NCBI GenBank assembly: GCA_903858755.1
Contig: CAIOKC010000008.1
Span: 1 to 39,354 of the forward strand
Origin: an uncultured bacterium
GTDB taxonomy: Bacteria > Patescibacteriota > Minisyncoccia > Phycocordibacterales > UBA2100
Reading direction: 5' to 3'
DNA: 39,354 nt
The stretch's first letter is position 1. Each line of letters opens with the position of its first letter. Of the stretch, positions 33,452 to 39,354 are shown piece by piece. The position numbers and the translations under genes are program-made. Below the pieces are notes generated by a model, which saw only the letters and a program-made list of their open reading frames with translations, made no database searches and was not told the origin of the DNA.

Positions 33452-34429
33452 ATGTCTGATTATCATATCGCATTGCCATCGAAGCCTCGCGTTGTCTCAG
33501 AATCTGAGCGGAGCGGCGCGTACGAGATCGACGGGCTCTACCCTGGCTACGGGTACACGCTCGGCAATTCGCTTCGCCGGATTATTCTTTCGTCTCTTCA
33601 GGGAGCTGCCGTCACGCACGTGAAGATCCCCGGCGTCGCGCATGAGTTTTCCACCATTGAAGGCGTCAAAGAGGACGTCGTTACCATCCTCCTCAATATT
33701 CGCAAAATCCGTCTCAAGCTCCTTACCGACGAGCCTCAGACCATCACGCTTTCCGTGAAAGGTCCAAAGTCTGTCATCGCAGCGGATCTCAAGCTCCCTG
33801 GTCAGGTCGAAATCCTGAATCCTGAGCAGCACATCGCCGAAGTGAGCGGCAAGGTGAATTTTGAGATGGAGCTTCGCGCGGAGCGCGGTCTCGGCTACAT
33901 CCCGAAAGAAGCGCATCAAAAAGAGCGCGTCGATATCGGGACCATCGCGCTCGACGCGATTTTCTCCCCCATCCGCCGCGTCAACTACGAGGTTGAAAAC
34001 ATGCGCGTCGGCGATCGCACCGACTTCAATCGTCTCCGCATTGTGATCGAGACCGACGGCACGCTCGGCGCGCGCGAAGCGCTCGAACGCGCGATTGAGA
34101 CCATGATCCACCAGCTTAAGGCGATTGTCGGGTTCAAAGAAGAAGAGGCTCCAGAGATTGCGCCTGCAGCGGAGGGTACTCGCGGCAAGGAGCGCGAAGA
34201 TAAGGCGGCTCCGATGGACGCAGAGGTCCTCAAGACCCGCATCACCGAATTGAACATGCCGCAGCGCGTCGAGCAGGCGCTCGACAACGCCTCCATCCGC
34301 ACCGTCGGCGGTCTCGTCCGCAAGCGCGAAGACGATCTCCTCGCCATCGAAGGGCTGGGGCAAAAGGGTCTGCAGGACATCAAACGCGCGCTTTCCAATA
34401 TGGGACTCACGCTCCGCACCGATAAGTAA
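33452..34429 (+). CDS. rpoA: RNA polymerase alpha subunit
   Basis: GYGYTLGNSLRRIILSS, HEFSTIEGVKED, DAIFSPI, alpha-CTD GLGQKGLQDI. Confidence 0.98.
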   Translation: MSDYHIALPSKPRVVSESERSGAYEIDGLYPGYGYTLGNSLRRIILSSLQGAAVTHVKIPGVAHEFSTIEGVKEDVVTILLNIRKIRLKLLTDEPQTITLSVKGPKSVIAADLKLPGQVEILNPEQHIAEVSGKVNFEMELRAERGLGYIPKEAHQKERVDIGTIALDAIFSPIRRVNYEVENMRVGDRTDFNRLRIVIETDGTLGAREALERAIETMIHQLKAIVGFKEEEAPEIAPAAEGTRGKEREDKAAPMDAEVLKTRITELNMPQRVEQALDNASIRTVGGLVRKREDDLLAIEGLGQKGLQDIKRALSNMGLTLRTDK

Positions 34430-34432
34430 GGT

Positions 34433-34789
34433 ATGCAGCACCACCGGAAAAATAGAAAATTCGGTCGGAGAAAGAATCAGCGTGTCGCTCTTTTGCGCAG
34501 CCTCGCTCGCTCGCTGGTGCTCGAAGAGGGGATTACGACGACGATCGCGAAGGCGAAAGAGCTCCGCCCATATATGGAGAAGCTGGTCTCTGCGGGGAAA
34601 GAAGGCTCTCTCGCGGGTCGCCGCCGCGTTGCGGTGAGCCTCGGGGATCGCTCTGAGGCGACAAAGAAGCTTTGTTCCGAACTTGCCGAGCGTTTTGCGA
34701 AGCGCTCAGGCGGCTACACTCGCATCATCCGTCTCGGTCGCGTCGGGAAGCGCGCCCTCGAAAGTGCGCGCATAGAATTCCTCAAGTAA
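34433..34789 (+). CDS. rplQ: 50S ribosomal protein L17
   Basis: ITTTIAKAKELR, RSGGYTRI. Confidence 0.97.
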   Translation: MQHHRKNRKFGRRKNQRVALLRSLARSLVLEEGITTTIAKAKELRPYMEKLVSAGKEGSLAGRRRVAVSLGDRSEATKKLCSELAERFAKRSGGYTRIIRLGRVGKRALESARIEFLK

Positions 34790-34792
34790 CGT

Positions 34793-35158
34793 ATGACGAA
34801 AGAAAAGAAGACAACCACCTATTCGATCGATGCGGCAGGGAAGACCCTTGGTCGCATTGCATCTGAAGCCGCAAAAGCTCTCATGGGGAAGACCTCCGCT
34901 GATTATACGCCGCATATCCGCAGCGACGTGAAGGTGAGTGTCTCGAACGCGGCGAAGATGTATCTTCGCGAGAAGAAGCGCGCACAAAAGACCTACGTCT
35001 CTTACTCGGGGCATCCAGGTGGTCTCAAGCGCGAGACCCTTTCCATGCTCAGTGCGCGACTCGGCAAGGGCGCGGCTATCCGCAAAGCGGTCGCGCGCAT
35101 GATTCCGCGCAACACTATGCATACCGCACGCATGAAGAATCTTACTATTACCGAATAA
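34793..35158 (+). CDS. rplM: 50S ribosomal protein L13 (short)
   Basis: IDAAGKTLGRIAS, YTPH, YSGHPGGLK, AVARMIP. Confidence 0.95.
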   Translation: MTKEKKTTTYSIDAAGKTLGRIASEAAKALMGKTSADYTPHIRSDVKVSVSNAAKMYLREKKRAQKTYVSYSGHPGGLKRETLSMLSARLGKGAAIRKAVARMIPRNTMHTARMKNLTITE

Positions 35159-35160
35159 CT

Positions 35161-35556
35161 ATGGCGAAAGAAAGACAGTACGTTGAAGCAGTTGGTCGCA
35201 GGAAGACAGCAAGCGCGCGTGTGCGCATTTCGAGCGCAAAGACCTCTTCAATGGTCGTCAATGACCGTGCTGCGGACGAATATTTCCCGCTTGAGACAAT
35301 GGTCAAGACGGCGTTTGCTCCCCTCGCGCTGCTCGGCGTGTCGTACGCAGTGTCGGTGCGCGTCAGGGGCGGCGGACTTAAGGCACAGGCAGAAGCGGTG
35401 CGCCACGGTATTTCCCGAGCCATCTCCGAGCTCGTACCCGAGCAGCGCAAGGATTTGAAGATTCGCGGATTCCTTAAGCGCGATCCCCGCGCAAAGGAGC
35501 GCAAGAAATTCGGTCTTAAAGCCGCTCGCCGCTCGCCGCAGTGGAGCAAGCGCTAG
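35161..35556 (+). CDS. rpsI: 30S ribosomal protein S9
   Basis: GRRKTASARV, GGGLKAQAEAVRHGI, RDPRAKERKK, QWSKR. Confidence 0.97.
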   Translation: MAKERQYVEAVGRRKTASARVRISSAKTSSMVVNDRAADEYFPLETMVKTAFAPLALLGVSYAVSVRVRGGGLKAQAEAVRHGISRAISELVPEQRKDLKIRGFLKRDPRAKERKKFGLKAARRSPQWSKR

Positions 35557-35582
35557 AAAAAGGAGACCTGCGTCTCCTTTTT
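35557..35582 (+). terminator. Intrinsic terminator of the ribosomal protein operon
   Basis: AAAAAGGAGAC-CTGC-GTCTCCTTTTT. Confidence 0.8.
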
Positions 35583-35615
35583 GTCTTGGGTATCTGTTTT
35601 GTGTATACTCGCCTC

Positions 35616-36155
35616 ATGAATGACAAGATTGTCGAAGACATTGATTTCGAGCCGGAGGACGAGCTTGGTGATCTTGGTGCGGCGAACATGAAGATGCGCA
35701 AGCTTCGCGATGAGCTTGAGAAGACGAAGAAAGAGCGGCAAGAATATCTGGATGGCTGGCAGCGATGCAAGGCCGACAGCGTAAACGCAAAGAAGGAAGC
35801 GGAGACCCGCGGAGCGAGGAGCTCGGAGATTCTTCGGGAGGCGCTGGTGCACGACATCATCCCGGCACTCGATAGTTTCGACATGGCGATCGGAGGCGAA
35901 GCATGGGCGACCGTCTCCGACGGTTGGAAAAGCGGCATGGAAATGGTGCACGACCAGCTCTTGGATGCACTACGGCGCCACGGCGTCGAGCGCGTCGGCA
36001 AAGTCGGGGAGAAAATCGACCACACAGCGCACGAGGTGCTTGAGGAGCGTGATGATGTGGCGGGAGAATCCGGCACGATCGTCCGCGTACTGCGCGCAGG
36101 GTATCGCTCTGGCGAAAGGGTACTACGTCCCGCGCAGGTCATCGTCAAAACATAA
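35616..36155 (+). CDS. grpE: Nucleotide exchange factor GrpE
   Basis: WQRCKAD, IIPALDSF, GYRSGERVLRPAQV; upstream of dnaK. Confidence 0.95.
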   Translation: MNDKIVEDIDFEPEDELGDLGAANMKMRKLRDELEKTKKERQEYLDGWQRCKADSVNAKKEAETRGARSSEILREALVHDIIPALDSFDMAIGGEAWATVSDGWKSGMEMVHDQLLDALRRHGVERVGKVGEKIDHTAHEVLEERDDVAGESGTIVRVLRAGYRSGERVLRPAQVIVKT

Positions 36156-36167
36156 TCACCGTCAAAC

Positions 36168-36192
36168 CTTGTGCAAGTCAGACTTGCACAAG
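36168..36192. repeat. Left REP-like palindrome of the RAYT element
   Basis: CTTGTGCAAGTC-A-GACTTGCACAAG. Confidence 0.9.
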
Positions 36193-36218
36193 ATGGCAAC
36201 GAATGAGATGATCGGTCA

Positions 36219-36923
36219 ATGCGGAAAGAGCCATTTTCAGTTGGATCGTTCGTACACATCATAAAGCGCGGAACGAAGGGGACTCCTATCGTGCGCGACA
36301 ACAGCGACAGGTGGCGTTTTCTCAAGTTGTTGCGCTACCTGAACGATGCGAAAGCGCCTAGAAATTGGGAACGAGAAATTACGAACGAACATATTACAAA
36401 GGGCTTTATACGCCCCGAGCATTGGTCTTCGCAAAGACCGTATGTATCCATTCTGGCGTACTGTTTAATGGACAACCACTTCCACCTCCTCGTACAAGAA
36501 CGAGAAGAGGGGGGAGTGAGTAAATTCATGCAGCGTTTATGTACGAGCATGGCGGCGTATCACAACGCAAAATACAGAGACAGCGGGACACTATTTCAAA
36601 GCGCATACCGCTCTCGCACGGTGGATAATGATGAGTATTTACAATATCTTGCCGCCTACATTCTCGTCAAAAATACCTTCGAACTTTTTCCCACTGGTAG
36701 TAAGGAAGCGATGCGGAATTTTTCTGACGCGTTCGACTTTGCGGAGTCTTATCAATTCTCGAGTTTGCCCGTTTTCTCCCGTCGTGCAGAGTCAACACTG
36801 CTCGATATGGATACCATAGATCAGTTATTTACTCGAGGGTCCTCATTCCTCAAGTCTGCAAGAGAGGTTATGCATGGTAGATACGAGAATCCGCGCCTCT
36901 ACGAACTTGCAATGGATTTATAA
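36219..36923 (+). CDS. REP-associated tyrosine transposase (RAYT; IS200/IS605 Y1 HUH family)
   Basis: VHIIKRG, AYCLMDNHFHLLV (HUH), KFMQRL..YHNAKY..GTLFQSAY, putative catalytic Tyr in YILVKN, YQFSS. Confidence 0.88.
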   Translation: MRKEPFSVGSFVHIIKRGTKGTPIVRDNSDRWRFLKLLRYLNDAKAPRNWEREITNEHITKGFIRPEHWSSQRPYVSILAYCLMDNHFHLLVQEREEGGVSKFMQRLCTSMAAYHNAKYRDSGTLFQSAYRSRTVDNDEYLQYLAAYILVKNTFELFPTGSKEAMRNFSDAFDFAESYQFSSLPVFSRRAESTLLDMDTIDQLFTRGSSFLKSAREVMHGRYENPRLYELAMDL

Positions 36924-36930
36924 TCGTGTC

Positions 36931-36961
36931 CTGCTTGTGCAAGTCTGACTTGCACAAGCAG
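36931..36961. repeat. Right REP-like palindrome of the RAYT element
   Basis: CTGCTTGTGCAAGTC-T-GACTTGCACAAGCAG (25-bp core 36934-36958). Confidence 0.9.
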
Positions 36962-36977
36962 ACGGAGGGTATATAAT
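36950..36977 (+). promoter_or_regulatory. Putative dnaK promoter with -35 inside the right palindrome
   Basis: TTGCAC-N16-TATAAT followed by an AT-rich leader. Confidence 0.55.
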
Positions 36978-37029
36978 CTCATCAACAAAATTCTATTTAT
37001 AAGAAATATCGATACTTTACTAAGTACTT

Positions 37030-38901
37030 ATGGCAAAAATCCTCGGCATAGATTTGGGTACTACGAATTCCGCGATGGCTGTCGTCGTCTCGGGTGAGCC
37101 GGAGATTGTGGAGAATGCCGAGGGCGCGCGCACCACGCCATCCGTCGTCGCGGTTTCAAAGACAGGGGAGCGGCTTGTGGGTCTTCTTGCGCGCCGCCAG
37201 GCAGTCACAAATCCGAAAAACACCGTCTATCAGATCAAACGCTTTATCGGGCATTCTTTCGATGAGGCGGCGGTCGCGAAAGATCGCGCCGTGGTCCCTT
37301 TTGAGACCCGAAAATCGCCAAACGGCGGCATCGAGGTGAAAATGAACGATGCGTGGTACCGACCGGAAGAGGTGTCGGCAATGATACTTCAGAAAATGAA
37401 ACAGGATGCCGAAGCACGGCTCGGGGAGGCTATCACCGAAGCCGTCATCACCGTCCCCGCGTATTTCAACGACTCTCAGCGCCAGGCGACGAAGGATGCC
37501 GGCAAAATCGCGGGACTCGACGTCAAGCGTATCATCAATGAGCCGACGGCGGCGGCACTCGCGTACGGATTCAATAAAAAGAAGAACGAAAAGATCGTTG
37601 TATTCGATTTTGGCGGCGGCACATTCGATATCTCCGTCCTTGAGGTCGGCGACGACGTGATCGAAGTACGCTCGACCGATGGCGATGCGCACCTTGGCGG
37701 CAAAGATATCGACCAGAAGATAATGGACTGGCTTGCGGAAGAGTACAAGAAAGAATCCGGTATCGACGTGCGCACTGATCCTCTCGCGCGGCAGCGCCTC
37801 GATGAGGCGGCGGAAAAGGCCAAGATAGAGCTTTCGAGCGCGGTCGAGACGGAGATCAATATACCCTTCATCACATCGGATGCTTCTGGTCCGCGGCACT
37901 TGCTTATCAAAATGACGCGGGCAAAGCTTGAGGAGCTCTCAAACGAATTTGTCGAGCGAGCAATCTCTATCACGAAGCGAGCGATGGAATCGTCGCCCTT
38001 CAAGACCGGCGACATCAATGAAGTCATCCTCGTCGGAGGTCAGACACGCATGCCGGCGCTCCAAAAAGCTGTCGAGGCATACTTCGGGAAGAAACCGCAC
38101 ATGGGCGTGAATCCCGACGAAGTCGTCGCAATCGGAGCCGCAATCCAGGGCGGAATCTTGCAAGGCGATGTCAAAGATGTCTTGCTCCTCGACGTCATTC
38201 CGCTCTCGCTGGGCATCGAAACACTGGGCGGGGTCGCGACCAAACTCATCGAACGCAATACCACGATCCCGACCTCGCGCTCGCAGACATTCTCGACAGC
38301 ATCCGATAACCAGCCGTCGGTGGAGATTCATGTGGTACAAGGCGAGCGACCTATGGCAGGAGACAATAAATCACTCGGGCGATTCAATCTCGACGGTATC
38401 CCGCCAGCTCCGCGCGGCACGCCGCAAGTGGAGGTCTCGTTCGACATCGATGCCAATGGCATACTCACCGTCAAGGCAAAAGACAAGACGAGCGGGAAGG
38501 AACAGTCCATCCGTATCGAAGGTAGCTCCGGTCTCTCGGAAGTGGACATCGAGAAGATGAGAAAAGACGCCGAAGTGAACGCGGAGGCGGACAAGAAGAA
38601 GCATGAGCTTATCGAGGCGCAAAATGGCGCAGACCAGGTCGTCTATGCCGCAGAGAAAGCGCTCAAAGAGCACGGAGACAAAGTCAGCGAGGATATCAAG
38701 AAAGGGGTGCAGGAAAAGATCGACGCTTTGAAAACGGCGCGAGGTGGAAGCGACGTCGCGATGATTAAATCGGCAGGCGAGGCGCTCTCCTCAGAAATGA
38801 GCAAAATCGGGCAGTCCATGAATCAATCTGCTGGTGAGCCTTCCTCCGGAGAGCAATCTTCTCCCAACGACCAAGGGTCGCCGGAGGGATCCGCAACATA
38901 A
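37030..38901 (+). CDS. dnaK: Chaperone DnaK
   Basis: [47 protein letters not shown]. Confidence 0.99.
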   Translation: MAKILGIDLGTTNSAMAVVVSGEPEIVENAEGARTTPSVVAVSKTGERLVGLLARRQAVTNPKNTVYQIKRFIGHSFDEAAVAKDRAVVPFETRKSPNGGIEVKMNDAWYRPEEVSAMILQKMKQDAEARLGEAITEAVITVPAYFNDSQRQATKDAGKIAGLDVKRIINEPTAAALAYGFNKKKNEKIVVFDFGGGTFDISVLEVGDDVIEVRSTDGDAHLGGKDIDQKIMDWLAEEYKKESGIDVRTDPLARQRLDEAAEKAKIELSSAVETEINIPFITSDASGPRHLLIKMTRAKLEELSNEFVERAISITKRAMESSPFKTGDINEVILVGGQTRMPALQKAVEAYFGKKPHMGVNPDEVVAIGAAIQGGILQGDVKDVLLLDVIPLSLGIETLGGVATKLIERNTTIPTSRSQTFSTASDNQPSVEIHVVQGERPMAGDNKSLGRFNLDGIPPAPRGTPQVEVSFDIDANGILTVKAKDKTSGKEQSIRIEGSSGLSEVDIEKMRKDAEVNAEADKKKHELIEAQNGADQVVYAAEKALKEHGDKVSEDIKKGVQEKIDALKTARGGSDVAMIKSAGEALSSEMSKIGQSMNQSAGEPSSGEQSSPNDQGSPEGSAT

Positions 38902-38967
38902 GACCTTTGCGCGGAGACCTCGAGTCATGGAAGGCTACCGGTGGCAAATCATCTTCGGAGGATCCCG

Positions 38968-39249
38968 ATGCTCTCGGTCATTTATGCGTTCGCGCTTACG
39001 TTCTGCTTCGCGCTGGTCGTCGCTTTTGTTGAGTGGCAGCTCGGCATGAGGCGCATGAGCGTCATCGCCGCGGTTGGGCTGCTCCTTGTCTGCGTGGCGG
39101 CAGGTCTCGATTTCGCTGATTATTATGCGAACACCGATCCCGCACTGTACTCCGCGGGTTTTTTCCTCGGTGTCGAGTTGTCGCTGGGAGTCGCCCTCTT
39201 CGGAATCGGTGTCTCCTGGTTCCTCTACAAGGCGCGCAAAGCAGGGTAA
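38968..39249 (+). CDS. Small membrane protein (about 3 TM)
   Basis: GGAGG SD at 38957-38961; three hydrophobic segments; terminator downstream. Confidence 0.6.
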   Translation: MLSVIYAFALTFCFALVVAFVEWQLGMRRMSVIAAVGLLLVCVAAGLDFADYYANTDPALYSAGFFLGVELSLGVALFGIGVSWFLYKARKAG

Positions 39250-39289
39250 CCGACTACTCTCAATCAAGGTAGCGTGGAAATGCGATTGG

Positions 39290-39316
39290 AAAAGGACGCG
39301 GCACTCGCGTCCTTTT
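39290..39316 (+). terminator. Intrinsic terminator
   Basis: AAAAGGACGCG-GCACT-CGCGTCCTTTT. Confidence 0.7.
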
Positions 39317-39354
39317 GCTTTTCTGTTGTGGCTTTATATAATCTCTCTGCATGA

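Larger units (their letters stand above)
36168..36958. mobile_element. RAYT/REP-type element (HUH transposase bracketed by palindromes) between grpE and dnaK
   Basis: Y1 transposase ORF flanked by two 25-bp palindromes that are exact reverse complements of each other; visibly lower GC than flanking genes. Confidence 0.8.

Noticed and set aside
36168-36961. Palindromes near grpE/dnaK as CIRCE (HrcA) operators
   Set aside because: CIRCE is TTAGCACTC-N9-GAGTGCTAA; these have different arms, a 1-nt centre and symmetrically flank the transposase
250-38673. Numerous long antisense or alternate-frame ORFs (e.g. 250-1374, 16109-17119, 18351-19631, 26959-28212, 33497-34444)
   Set aside because: They shadow well-identified genes, as expected with high-GC codon bias, and show no protein motifs

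Overview
Gene-dense, mostly housekeeping chromosomal segment of a GC-rich bacterium using genetic code 11 (TAA, TAG and TGA all end conserved genes). The gene set and protein forms (short UvrA, UvrC, AlaRS and L13; a sigma-region-4/HTH protein; an FtsA-like plus baseplate-J-like pair; a DUF5667-type protein) suggest a Patescibacteria/CPR (Parcubacteria-like) genome; this is inference. Contents, left to right: murB 3' end, uvrA, uvrC, ddl, tRNA-Ala(TGC), ECF sigma factor, RRM protein, membrane proteins, YqeY protein, rmuC, rplU, recR-dnaB, mltG, an SPFH-like protein, mnmA, an ATP-cone/nuclease-MgtC-nuclease-MGMT cluster, an M16 peptidase, alaS, the infA-rpmJ-rpsM-rpsK-rpsD-rpoA-rplQ-rplM-rpsI operon, grpE, a RAYT-like HUH transposase and dnaK. 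Most notable: (1) the RAYT-like gene lies between grpE and dnaK, bracketed by two mutually inverted 25-bp palindromes, one overlapping a probable dnaK -35. Other palindromes are scattered through the window, including two read in-frame inside uvrC. (2) An AdoMetDC-like gene is split by one in-frame TAG close to the normal autocleavage site. (3) Over a dozen genes, mostly conserved, have a -10 hexamer 6-8 nt before the ATG and no SD (leaderless-type), while several orphan genes have SD-led starts. (4) AlaRS lacks the G3:U70-recognising Asp motif within a compositionally distinct patch. All protein identifications are by motif recognition; no searches were run.
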